DNA of 31,602 nt. Source: Promethearchaeota archaeon. Lineage in GTDB: Archaea > Asgardarchaeota > Lokiarchaeia > Sigyniarchaeales > SOKP01. The position numbers were made by a program, and so were the translations under genes. Shown piece by piece: positions 1 through 8,892 of the stretch. The first letter of the stretch is position 1. Each line of letters begins with the position of its first letter. The stretch is from contig JABXKD010000041.1 in NCBI GenBank assembly GCA_013375475.1, positions 1-31,602 on the forward strand, read 5' to 3'. Under the pieces are notes generated by a model that was not told where the DNA came from, ran no database searches, and saw nothing but the letters and a program-made list of their open reading frames with translations.

Positions 1-180
1 AAAATTGAGATTCTCTTCCTGAATATGGATGATTTTGTTGAGGATATTGAGAAATTAATCATCTCAGGGAAAGACAAACAAGAATTAAGGACTGATATGG
101 CTCATCTAATATTTCCACTCACAGTTTTTGAATTGGGTGAACTTTTTATATATTTGGGTAAAAGAGCTTTTTTGAAATAA
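1..180 (+). CDS. 3' end of a CDS entering from the left edge (hypothetical protein)
   Basis: Frame 1 is open from base 1 to TAA at 178-180 (KIEILFLNMDDFVEDIEKLIISGKDKQELRTDMAHLIFPL...KRAFLK*) with protein-like composition. Confidence 0.6.
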   Translation, partial: KIEILFLNMDDFVEDIEKLIISGKDKQELRTDMAHLIFPLTVFELGELFIYLGKRAFLK

Positions 181-325
181 TATATTTAAGGTTGAAATCA
201 GAGTTTTTAATCTGTAACTCCTTAAATCTTTAGCTTGTGCATAAAGAAATACTTTTATAAAGTAAAAAGCCTAATTTTTATTATTAAAATTAGGAAATTA
301 ATGAAGTTAGAAGAAGGAATTATTT

Positions 326-1195
326 ATGTGCCAATGGTGTATGTCTCATGGAGCGGGTAAAAAGTGGTATATGAATGCTAGAAACTACTCCAATGAGTTA
401 GCGGAAGAACACAATATGAAGGATTACTTAACCGAGCAATGGATGAATTTTGAGCAAGTTTTTATCAGAAAAATAATGGGTTTCTCTTCTAAAAGTTTAG
501 GTTACAAGTTAAAGATGCCAGTTATAGGGAAGGTGCTTCGATGGAGAGCTGAGAATATGATTCATAGCGAGAAAAAAAACAGAAATCCTGTGAGAGCTGA
601 TGGCCATTTCGGTCAAGTGATTCCTTTAGAAGATGCTCAGATTATTATGTCAGAATTAGCTGCTGAACCTATAATCTGCAATTATTGTATGTGTCGATGG
701 ATGCAGAGAAAAGAGAAGGAAGCTGTATGTATCAACTTTGGTGTCTTATCAGAGGTCATTGAAAAACTACCACGTTTTATACCTAAAGAAAGAACAGTTA
801 GGATTGATCGTGAAACAGCGATAGAAAAATTAGAAGAGTTTAATAAAAAGGGATATATTTCAACGGTATGGTTCCAACCAATACCTTATATAAACGCTAT
901 ATGTTCTTGCGAAAGTCCAGAGTGTGGAGCTTTTACTTTACGGAATAATTTTGATTTAATGGCTATGTATAAAGCTGAATACATCATTCAATTAGATCAA
1001 GATAACTGTCAAGGATGTAAATCTTGCGTTGCTACTTGCCAACTAAACGCCATTCGATTTATTCCCTCAATGAATAGAGTAATCATTGATTATAACAAAT
1101 GTTTTGGTTGTGGTGTCTGTCGTCATGCGTGTAAAAACGATGCTTTAAAATTAATTCCCAGAGAAGAATATCCTGGATTTGATGGAATCTACTAG
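326..1195 (+). CDS. 4Fe-4S dicluster (ferredoxin) domain-containing protein
   Basis: C-terminal CQGCKSCVATC and CFGCGVCRHAC motifs; additional Cys clusters (MCQWC, CNYCMCR, AICSCESPEC). Confidence 0.85.
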   Translation: MCQWCMSHGAGKKWYMNARNYSNELAEEHNMKDYLTEQWMNFEQVFIRKIMGFSSKSLGYKLKMPVIGKVLRWRAENMIHSEKKNRNPVRADGHFGQVIPLEDAQIIMSELAAEPIICNYCMCRWMQRKEKEAVCINFGVLSEVIEKLPRFIPKERTVRIDRETAIEKLEEFNKKGYISTVWFQPIPYINAICSCESPECGAFTLRNNFDLMAMYKAEYIIQLDQDNCQGCKSCVATCQLNAIRFIPSMNRVIIDYNKCFGCGVCRHACKNDALKLIPREEYPGFDGIY

Positions 1196-1203
1196 GTGAT
1201 AAT

Positions 1204-1491
1204 ATGAGTAAAATTAAGAAAACTAAGAAAAAGAAAAAGACTAAGATAAAAATCGATTATACTAAATGCGGAGAAAATGGTAAAGTTGACCCTAGGGATT
1301 GTGGATTCTGTATGAGAGCTTGTGATCCCGCTGTTTTCGTTATGCACGAGACGATAGGCACTGAGAAAAAGCAAATAGATCCTCATGATCCACAAGATTG
1401 GAGAATTACACCTATTTGGGAATCACTATGTAGTCGTTGTTTTAAATGTGTAGAAGTTTGTCCCGAAAATGCGATTACAATTACTTTTTAA
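1204..1491 (+). CDS. Small ferredoxin-like Fe-S protein
   Basis: C...CGFCMRAC and CSRCFKCVEVCPENAI motifs; starts 8 nt after the upstream gene with GGTGAT Shine-Dalgarno-like sequence, so probably the same operon. Confidence 0.8.
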   Translation: MSKIKKTKKKKKTKIKIDYTKCGENGKVDPRDCGFCMRACDPAVFVMHETIGTEKKQIDPHDPQDWRITPIWESLCSRCFKCVEVCPENAITITF

Positions 1492-1535
1492 ACAGTTAAA
1501 TTCAAAAATCTTAAACTTTATATTATTTTTGAAGT

Positions 1536-3548
1536 ATGCCACGAAATTTTAATCCTAAAGAAATAGAGATAGGTCTTAGATTACCAACAATAATAGCACC
1601 TCTGAACTCCTTTTTTATTCGGATGTCATTTTTTATTGATTATATTTATTCTCCCCTATTGAAAACGTTTAAACTTATAGGACGTTTTACAAGACTCCGG
1701 AGAATGAATTTTATGCCAGAAAACGACGTGAGAAGATTAAAAGAAGTTTTAATTGAACTTGAAGATGGTGGAAAACTAGCAACAGACATTTATCTACCTA
1801 AAGAGATTTACAATAAGAAAGGTAAAGAAGCGACAATTTTAGTGAGATTGCCTTATTGGAAAAATCGACTTAGTATCCTGGGATATTTTTTAGCTTCTAA
1901 GGGGTATGTCGTAGTAATTCAAGACATTCGAGGATGTGCTGGATCGAGCGATTATGGAACTAATTCACTTTATTTCTACGAACGGAAAGATGGACTAGAC
2001 ACTTTGCGTTGGATTTCCGAACGATTTTGGTACAATGGGAAAATTGGTATGTGGGGGTTGTCATACTTAGGTATAACACAGCTGGCTGTTTCTTGGAGCA
2101 ATGAAAGCTTACTCACGTGTCTCAATCCAATTCATAGTTCTTTTTCAAATGTTTTTTGGCATCCTGGTGGACTATACCCCGTTGGACTTTCGGGAGCTGT
2201 GTATTTAATAATGCTTTCTACTGCAACGATGAAAAATCTATCAACTATGGATTTTGACCAGTGGGACGAGGAAGGATTGTATAAAAAACTGTTTTTTAAT
2301 CCATCAAGTAGCTTCTACAACGAGCCGCTTAGTTCTAAAAGACCTAAATTATCAGATCTAGCAACTGTTCAAAGTCCTAAATACCTGATTAAAATGATGA
2401 ATAGTGTCTATAAAACAGAAGTAGACGTGTCGAAAAAGGATCAAGGGTCTTTCTTAAAACTTATCAAAAAAATATTTTACGAACGAGACTTATTTCAAAA
2501 TTATGATTTATCTCCTTATGCATTTGGGCTTAATTACGAATTAGATTCGCCTATGTTATTTATTGGGGGCTGGTATGACATGTTCATAGAACATATGATG
2601 CGAGACGTGAAGTTAATTAAAGAAGCAGCCCCAACTTTTTTCAAAGACAAATTTAAAATGATTATAGGACCTTGGTCTCATATAAATATGGAAAAATTAT
2701 TTATCAAGCCCTTAAAGTATACAAATTTAAAAGATGATTTTGCTTTCTTTAAGAATATACTCCCATTTTGGTGGTACGATTCGTGTCTGAAGGGAAAGGA
2801 ATCAGATTTATCAAAAATACCACTTATACAGGCCTTTATATTAAATAAAAATATTTGGAGAGCTTTCAATAATTGGCCGCCATCCTCCGCAGAAATAAAG
2901 TTATACCTACACTCGAATGGGAAGAGTAATAGTTTATTAGGAGATGGAATGCTCTCTAAAATCGTTCCAGAAGAAGAACTCCCTGACATATTCCAATTTG
3001 ATCCTTCTGATCCTGTTATGACAAGGGGAGGAAGAAACCTCTTTTTATTAAGTGGTGCTCAAGATCAGACTAATATCGAGAAACGAGATGATGTGTTAGT
3101 ATATACATCTAAAACTCTCGAACAAGGTTTAGAAGTTATTGGTGAAATAAAATTAATACTCTATGCTTCTACCTCCGTGGAAGATACCGATTTTATGGTA
3201 AAATTGGTCGATGTTTACCCCGGCAATAAAAAAGCTGTAAATATAGTTGATTCAGGAGTTAGAACCCGCTATCTTAACGGTGATTTAAATGATCCCAAGT
3301 TAATTACTCCAAATGATATATACAAGTATGAAATTGTAATTGGTACAACTGCAATTTATTTTCCTAAGGACCATAAAATCCGGTTAGAAATATCTTCCAG
3401 CAACTTTCCTCGGTTTGATGTAAACTCCAACTTGGCTGGTAAGGTAACGGAAGGAAATTATATGATAGCGTCTCAAAAAGTATATCATGATACAGAACAC
3501 CAGTCTCATTTGATACTCCCTGTTTTTAGGGAAGATGATAAAGATTAG
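1536..3548 (+). CDS. CocE/NonD family serine hydrolase (peptidase S15-like, alpha/beta hydrolase)
   Basis: LATDIYLP, GYVVVIQDIRG, nucleophile elbow GMWGLSYLG, GGWYD, GPWSH, and C-terminal RLEISSSNFPRFD. Confidence 0.92.
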   Translation: MPRNFNPKEIEIGLRLPTIIAPLNSFFIRMSFFIDYIYSPLLKTFKLIGRFTRLRRMNFMPENDVRRLKEVLIELEDGGKLATDIYLPKEIYNKKGKEATILVRLPYWKNRLSILGYFLASKGYVVVIQDIRGCAGSSDYGTNSLYFYERKDGLDTLRWISERFWYNGKIGMWGLSYLGITQLAVSWSNESLLTCLNPIHSSFSNVFWHPGGLYPVGLSGAVYLIMLSTATMKNLSTMDFDQWDEEGLYKKLFFNPSSSFYNEPLSSKRPKLSDLATVQSPKYLIKMMNSVYKTEVDVSKKDQGSFLKLIKKIFYERDLFQNYDLSPYAFGLNYELDSPMLFIGGWYDMFIEHMMRDVKLIKEAAPTFFKDKFKMIIGPWSHINMEKLFIKPLKYTNLKDDFAFFKNILPFWWYDSCLKGKESDLSKIPLIQAFILNKNIWRAFNNWPPSSAEIKLYLHSNGKSNSLLGDGMLSKIVPEEELPDIFQFDPSDPVMTRGGRNLFLLSGAQDQTNIEKRDDVLVYTSKTLEQGLEVIGEIKLILYASTSVEDTDFMVKLVDVYPGNKKAVNIVDSGVRTRYLNGDLNDPKLITPNDIYKYEIVIGTTAIYFPKDHKIRLEISSSNFPRFDVNSNLAGKVTEGNYMIASQKVYHDTEHQSHLILPVFREDDKD

Positions 3549-3567
3549 TTAATTTCTTAAAAAAAAT

Positions 3568-4368
3568 TTAATCAAATTTTAGAGTTTCAGCTGTTTTGTA
3601 GAGATAATTGAAGTAGAAATTGCTAGCGGGACCAAATGCAATGTGATCGGTATCTACACCGAAATAACTCAATCCTTTAAAAATTTCTTGTGTTAAAATT
3701 ATGAACGCTTCTTCCCCTTCATCCATTACTATACTTGTTCCAAAAACTTGGTCTCGAGAACGAATCTCGCAGATTTTGGAGTATTTTTTTTCAATTATTT
3801 CTACGAATTTTTCGTCTTTCACGGCTTCTTCTTCTATTAACAGTTTAATGTCTGTTACTCCCCGAGCCCTTGCTTTTTTGATTCCATCATAAAAAAGCTC
3901 TAAAAATTCATAATATGGTGCAACAATATAAAGTGAATTCTTTGCGTTATCAATAATATTCATACTTCGATTTATGCAGACATCTCTTCCACGATGAATA
4001 TATAAAGCAACTTTAATAGGCGTATCGTGCGATTCATAAATAGGAGTAAGGTTTCTAATGATGTCATTCGAGTGTTTATCAAAACGAACACTGTATTGCT
4101 TTTTTGCGATTATTAAAGCCTCGTCGGGGCTTTTTGCAAAATACCGGCTAGGTCTAGATTCCTCTTCTTTTATGATCCATTTCTTTTCTTTCTCTAATTG
4201 GGTCAAGATATTGTAAATTCTAGAATAAGGGACCGAGCTTGCATCGGAAAGCTCCCTCGCGTCCATCGGTCCTTTTGAGATTAGAGTTAGATAGATAGCT
4301 ATCTCGTAGTCTGTTAGGCCTATAGCACGCAGAGCGTCCTTAACATTATCGGGAGTTTCTTTCGACAT
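3568..4368 (-). CDS. TrmB family transcriptional regulator
   Basis: N-terminal wHTH GLTDYEIAIYLTL...ARELSDASSVPYSRIYNILTQL...SRPSRY; C-terminal PLD-like effector domain (IDNAKNSLYI, ARARGV). Confidence 0.9.
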   Translation of the reverse strand: MSKETPDNVKDALRAIGLTDYEIAIYLTLISKGPMDARELSDASSVPYSRIYNILTQLEKEKKWIIKEEESRPSRYFAKSPDEALIIAKKQYSVRFDKHSNDIIRNLTPIYESHDTPIKVALYIHRGRDVCINRSMNIIDNAKNSLYIVAPYYEFLELFYDGIKKARARGVTDIKLLIEEEAVKDEKFVEIIEKKYSKICEIRSRDQVFGTSIVMDEGEEAFIILTQEIFKGLSYFGVDTDHIAFGPASNFYFNYLYKTAETLKFD

Positions 4369-4478
4369 TATTCTGTACCGGAAAACAAAATTTTCTCAAC
4401 AAATTTTGTTAATGATAATTTAATTAATACTATATACTATATATAATAGTATTCGTATTATTTTTTAACCATTGTTTT

Positions 4479-4533
4479 TAACCCTTGCGGGGTTAGTCAT
4501 CTTGCGACTAATATTTTTTCGCAAAAATCATCC
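4479..4533 (-). promoter_or_regulatory. Candidate eukaryote-type SECIS element with adjacent GNRA hairpin
   Basis: Minus strand reads GG-AUGAU-UUUUGCGA-AAAAAUAUUAG-UCGCAAGA-UGAC-UAACCCC-GCAA-GGGUUA. It has an AUGA/GA core (4531-4527 with 4499-4496), an 8-bp helix (4526-4519 with 4500-4507) and an A-rich apical loop, and lies just 3' of an ORF with an in-frame UGA. Confidence 0.6.
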
Positions 4534-4538
4534 TTTTT

Positions 4539-4733
4539 TTACATTAAAGTTAAAAATACATTTATTAAGATACTGCACGTACTAGGTCATCCTCCTCCTC
4601 CATTGTTTTCAAGAGAAATGTAGTAGATTATTATCATAGAAATTAGAATAGCCGAAGTAGTTAATAGTGCTATTAGAATAATATAGAGGACGATTTTGTT
4701 AGTTCTCTTATTTTCAAATAATTTCAATGGCAT
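4539..4733 (-). CDS. Small single-TM membrane protein, candidate selenoprotein (Sec at codon 49, TGA 4587-4589); 48 aa if UGA is a stop
   Basis: Manual translation MPLKLFENKRTNKIVLYIILIALLTTSAILISMIIIYYISLENNGGGG(U)PSTCSILINVFLTLM*. Basic N-terminus, long hydrophobic helix, Gly4, and a SECIS-like hairpin directly downstream. Not in the ORF track. Confidence 0.6.
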
Positions 4734-4934
4734 ATAAGAACCTTTTTTGATTTTTTATATATATTAATTTCAGATATATTAATAGATTTTACTTAAAAAT
4801 TTTTTAATCTAAACCACTTTTATTATCCTTTTAAAGTCGTATAATTAACTGTGTATTAATATTGTATAAAATAAGTGTTTTTAACTCTCATTCAATTATT
4901 TGATATTAGATAAAAATAAGAAGATTGTAAAAGA

Positions 4935-5750
4935 ATGGAGATTAATCTTAGAAAAGCGAAAAGTCTCATCACGAAAAGTAACATTCCAAAAATTGATTTT
5001 GTGATAAATCCTTATGTTGGTTGTCAACATGGCTGTATTTATTGTTACGCTGAATTTATGATAAGATTTACTGGCCATAAGGGTGATAAATGGGGGGAAT
5101 TCTTGGATATCAAGACTTACGAATTTGATAAAATTAAACCAGCTAGGTATGATGGAAAAAAAATACTTCTTAGTTCTGTTACCGACCCATATCTTCCTCT
5201 TGAGTTAAAATATGAAAACACTCGAAAGATTCTCGAAAAACTCGTTGGTACAAAAGCAGAGATTTCAGTTTTAACTAAATCTAAATTTGTTACACGAGAT
5301 ATTGATCTTTTCAAGAAATTTGAAAATATTGAAGTTGGGATATCGATTAACACTTTAGATTCGGATTTTGCTAAACTTATTGAAAAAGGGGCTTCAAGGC
5401 CTCGTGAAAGGTTGAAGGCTTTAAAGGAAGTTCACGATAACGGAATCAAAACATACACATTCATTTCACCATTTTTTCCACAGATTACTGACTATAGAGC
5501 AATAATTGAAGAGACAAAAGCCTATACCGATTCGTATATGTTTGAGAACTTAAATTTCAGACCTCATAATGTCCCAAGAATCCTTAAGATAATTAAAAAA
5601 CACTATCCTGGCTTAATTCCTGTCTATCAAGAGTTCAGAAAGGACCACACTCTATGGGATTTAATTGAGTCTGAGATAGAATCTTACTGCGAAAAATTGA
5701 AGCTCACTTACAAAATAGAGTTCCATCATGGGGGATTTTCAAAAAGTTAG
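4935..5750 (+). CDS. Radical SAM protein, SplB/Rv2578c-like (spore photoproduct lyase-related) family
   Basis: INPYVGCQHGCIYCYA (CxxxCxxC), LSSVTDPYLPLE, LTKS..VTRDIDL. Confidence 0.88.
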   Translation: MEINLRKAKSLITKSNIPKIDFVINPYVGCQHGCIYCYAEFMIRFTGHKGDKWGEFLDIKTYEFDKIKPARYDGKKILLSSVTDPYLPLELKYENTRKILEKLVGTKAEISVLTKSKFVTRDIDLFKKFENIEVGISINTLDSDFAKLIEKGASRPRERLKALKEVHDNGIKTYTFISPFFPQITDYRAIIEETKAYTDSYMFENLNFRPHNVPRILKIIKKHYPGLIPVYQEFRKDHTLWDLIESEIESYCEKLKLTYKIEFHHGGFSKS

Positions 5751-5761
5751 GAACAACTGGC

Positions 5762-6250
5762 TTAGTATATCTCATCAATATATCTTTTTAGTTGCGCCAA
5801 ATCTTCGAAGTAAAACAAACTCTCTTCTTCAACGAAGAAAGGTGTTAAAAGTCCGCCTCTCTTTAGAACTTCAGTGATATCTAAATTCTTTAGGACAAAT
5901 ACCTTAGTTTTCTTGTAATATTCTTTAAAGGAAAGGATTATACCCATCTCAATCATATGTCCACCCTTATCGTGTTCGATGACCATGATGATTTCATCGG
6001 AGAATTTGGCGATTAGATCAAATTTAAGAATGAGATTTTCAAGATGAGTGCGTCTAAATTCTTTTTCAAAGAATCCAAGATTGTTTTCGTTCTCATTTAT
6101 TATTTTTTGTACTTCCTGCAGATTTGCGAAAGTGTCTTCGCTGTATGACCCGCAAATGAATACTTTATTCTTAATTAAATCATAAATAGAAAAGACGCTA
6201 ATGAATTCATCTAGAAATTCATCCCATGCACTATGATGAAAAACATCCAT
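5762..6250 (-). CDS. Hypothetical protein with nucleoside 2-deoxyribosyltransferase (NDT)-like fold
   Basis: VFICGSY first strand; SDEIIMVIEHDKGGHMIEMG resembles the NDT D...G-x-x-x-E-x-G catalytic helix. Confidence 0.55.
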   Translation of the reverse strand: MDVFHHSAWDEFLDEFISVFSIYDLIKNKVFICGSYSEDTFANLQEVQKIINENENNLGFFEKEFRRTHLENLILKFDLIAKFSDEIIMVIEHDKGGHMIEMGIILSFKEYYKKTKVFVLKNLDITEVLKRGGLLTPFFVEEESLFYFEDLAQLKRYIDEIY

Positions 6251-6312
6251 ATAATTGCCCCTATAATATTCTAAACATATTAGAAATTCATTTATACTAT
6301 AAATTATTATAT

Positions 6313-6328
6313 GTCAATAATAATTGAC
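6313..6328. promoter_or_regulatory. Inverted repeat GTCAAT-N4-ATTGAC, putative operator
   Basis: Perfect 6-4-6 dyad in the divergent intergenic region between the NDT-like gene and the wHTH regulator. Confidence 0.4.
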
Positions 6329-6423
6329 TCTATTAGATTTGAGTTAGATTTAAATATATGATAAAACATATTTACCTTGGAACTAAACGATAAAACAATT
6401 ATAAATAATAAGAGGGAGATAAT

Positions 6424-6777
6424 TTGAAACTTCCACCAAAATTTGAAAATAAAAGAAAAGATCTGGAATTTATTTCAGAAAAAACCCGTTATAAGATTCT
6501 ATTGACTTTATTGGCAGAGGATAGTTTAAGCTTTATTCAGCTAAGAAACCTCTTGTCGTCAATCCCTGAGAATAATTTAAATTATCACATAAAAATCTTG
6601 AAGGAAAACGGTTATTTAAAAAATAAAAAAGTTCAAGACTATAAACGCTCCGAACCAAGGTCATTCTATTCTTTGAGTAGTCGTTCACTTGAACTTCTTG
6701 AAGAATTGGGATTAACAAATGTGAAGAAGGAATTACATGCGTTAGTACATTCTTTAACAGATGAGATAGGCGAATAA
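6424..6777 (+). CDS. ArsR-like winged helix-turn-helix transcriptional regulator
   Basis: TRYKILLTL...LSFIQLRNLL...NLNYHIKILKENGYL...YSLS; TTG start after GAGGGAG. Confidence 0.8.
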   Translation: MKLPPKFENKRKDLEFISEKTRYKILLTLLAEDSLSFIQLRNLLSSIPENNLNYHIKILKENGYLKNKKVQDYKRSEPRSFYSLSSRSLELLEELGLTNVKKELHALVHSLTDEIGE

Positions 6778-6792
6778 TTTTTCAATTAAAAA

Positions 6793-7110
6793 TCATCCAA
6801 TTCTTTCGACTTTGAAATAAACAGGTCGGAACCAGTCAGTACAACTGGTTACAGCTACACCTTTTTTATTCATTCCCAAAATATTTCCTCCTGAAGCGAT
6901 TAGATTGATATCATTTCGAATATCTGCCCAGGCCCAATCACAAAATCCTTCAGGTATAGAGGCTAAATTAGGATCAATAATAAATTCTTGCCCATTTTCG
7001 AATTTATCACAAGCCTTCATTCCTTTGTATTCTTCTACAATAAACTCATCTATTAAATCTTTATTAAGTGTTCTTTTCATAATTGTAATTTTAATTTTCG
7101 GCAATTTCAT
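6793..7110 (-). CDS. TIGR04076 family protein
   Basis: ACDKFENGQEFII, PEGFCDWAWADI, SCTDWFRPVYFKVERI are characteristic of this small Cys-containing family. Confidence 0.8.
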   Translation of the reverse strand: MKLPKIKITIMKRTLNKDLIDEFIVEEYKGMKACDKFENGQEFIIDPNLASIPEGFCDWAWADIRNDINLIASGGNILGMNKKGVAVTSCTDWFRPVYFKVERIG

Positions 7111-7138
7111 TTTAAATCACCCTTATGAATAATTGAAA

Positions 7139-8134
7139 TTATGAATTTTTACTTATAATATTATCCGGTATGTGAACCGTAAATGTACATTCCATATCGT
7201 TATTAAGAGCAGATTTTACGGGTTTAACTTTTACAGGTTGTTCAAAAATCTGGTCCCAATAAAGTTTATACCAGCCAGCACTACAATAACAGAAAGAATT
7301 TGATAGTTCATCATCAGTCCCTTCTTTCAAGGCTCCACGAACCCAAGGACAATAACAAAGATAATATTTTTTCATATTATTATCCTCTATAGTTAGATAT
7401 TTCTTAGTTTGATAAGGGATTTTACTGATATAAATGAAATTTCCTTTTCTTACTCCTGCACCGAATTCTTGGTTATTTCTTACAAAATCGATCACTTCGT
7501 CATCAATGCTCTGAGCAAATTCTAGCGTTCCGTCATCTCTATGGCTCTTGAGTCTTTTGATTAAGTCTTGGTGTTTTTTTTCCAAAAATCCGTCAATACC
7601 TAACTCTGAGAGAATTGTCTTATCTCCTTCAATATCGTCAGGGGGGCGGCCGTGAAGGCAAGGTGAAAGAAGTGCGATCGTGCTTTCTTTTCCAAGATTA
7701 TCTTCCATTCTTTTCATTACTTTCTTAGTGAATTTCGGTTTTTTTTCTGGGTGCACTCCTACGGGAGGAATTATTAAATCCTTAAAAATTTCATCTCTTG
7801 TTTGCTCTCCATGAAATTCAGCTATTCTTGAAAACATTGTGTCCATAGCATTATAAGATTCAACAATATCTATAGTTTCAGTAATGAATTCATATCTTTT
7901 GGAGTAATCAGCATAACTCAGGATGGCTCTTAAAAAATCAAGAACAGAATCTTTATCAATAGAGACCAAATGTTCAGTATACTCAGCAAGTTTATTGGGA
8001 TTAACTGAGTCAAGATTTAGGTTATCTTTAGCGAGATAATTTTCATAATCGTCTAACTTTGAGAGAAAGTTTCTTATTTGAATCGGATCAATTTTATTCT
8101 CTTCTAAAAATATTTGAAAATTCCTTGTATTCAT
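7139..8134 (-). CDS. DUF6144-like protein (Cys-rich, V4R-like C-terminus)
   Basis: CYCPWVR...FCYCSAGWYKLYWDQIFEQPVKV...ECTFTVHIP pattern. Confidence 0.7.
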   Translation of the reverse strand: MNTRNFQIFLEENKIDPIQIRNFLSKLDDYENYLAKDNLNLDSVNPNKLAEYTEHLVSIDKDSVLDFLRAILSYADYSKRYEFITETIDIVESYNAMDTMFSRIAEFHGEQTRDEIFKDLIIPPVGVHPEKKPKFTKKVMKRMEDNLGKESTIALLSPCLHGRPPDDIEGDKTILSELGIDGFLEKKHQDLIKRLKSHRDDGTLEFAQSIDDEVIDFVRNNQEFGAGVRKGNFIYISKIPYQTKKYLTIEDNNMKKYYLCYCPWVRGALKEGTDDELSNSFCYCSAGWYKLYWDQIFEQPVKVKPVKSALNNDMECTFTVHIPDNIISKNS

Positions 8135-8406
8135 TTTCTAAATATATCTTTGTATCTTAATATTTTTTTTTAATTCAATTCCTTAATACAGAATAAAAAA
8201 GAAATCCACCGGTTTAGTATTGTAGTAAGCTCCTTTTTTGAAGTATGTTTATACATAATCTGCAAAGTAGGAAAATTTCTAATTCGTTTTTAAATAGATT
8301 TAGCCAGTTTAGTCCATCATAAGACTTTCAATTTCTAAAATATAAACAGTTAAGTAATAAGGGATAATTTTATTATTTTATAAAATATGTTAAAGTTGGA
8401 TTTACT

Positions 8407-8892
8407 ATGGCCATAAAGAAAGGCGATATTATTAAGGTTGAATATGAAGGTAGATTGGAAGATAGAACCATATTCGACAGCACAGAACTTCAAGGAGGAG
8501 AACCGATAAAATTTGAAGTTGGCGCTAGAATGTTGATTAAAGGATTTGATGAATCAGTACTAGGCAAAGAAGTTGGAGACGAGTTTGAGATTACGCTAGA
8601 AGCTTCTGAAGCTTATGGCGAGATTGATCCCTTATTAGTTCAAACGGTTAGTATGGATCAACTGCCAAAGGATTTAGATCCAGAGCCGGGAATGATGCTT
8701 GGAGTAGGGGACGCTAACGGGACTCACTCAATGGCTTGGGTTAAAGAGGTTGATGAAGAGTTTATTACGCTTGATATGAACCACCCTCTAGCAGGCAAAA
8801 CGCTTCTTTTCAAAATTAAAATTCTAGAAACGGGTTGTGAACCAGATCCACCAGAGGCTCATGAATGTGGGTGCGGTTGCGAGCATAACTAA
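8407..8892 (+). CDS. slyD: FKBP-type peptidyl-prolyl cis-trans isomerase, SlyD-like
   Basis: GDIIKVEYEGRLED..IFDS, LIKGFDE, EAYGE, LDMNHPLAGKTLLFKIKI; short His/Cys metal-binding tail HECGCGCEH. Confidence 0.92.
   Translation: MAIKKGDIIKVEYEGRLEDRTIFDSTELQGGEPIKFEVGARMLIKGFDESVLGKEVGDEFEITLEASEAYGEIDPLLVQTVSMDQLPKDLDPEPGMMLGVGDANGTHSMAWVKEVDEEFITLDMNHPLAGKTLLFKIKILETGCEPDPPEAHECGCGCEHN

Noticed and set aside
6793-7110. Sec read-through at the TGA of the TIGR04076 gene and of other TGA-terminated ORFs (10504, 11976, 13128, 16420, 18767, 20765, 26810, 29056)
   Set aside because: The proteins look complete at the TGA, several run directly into convergent genes, and I saw no SECIS-like hairpin behind them.
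8170-8335. Possible degraded gene in the 8135-8406 intergenic region
   Set aside because: Only short broken minus-strand frames with no convincing start or motif; cannot be supported without a search.
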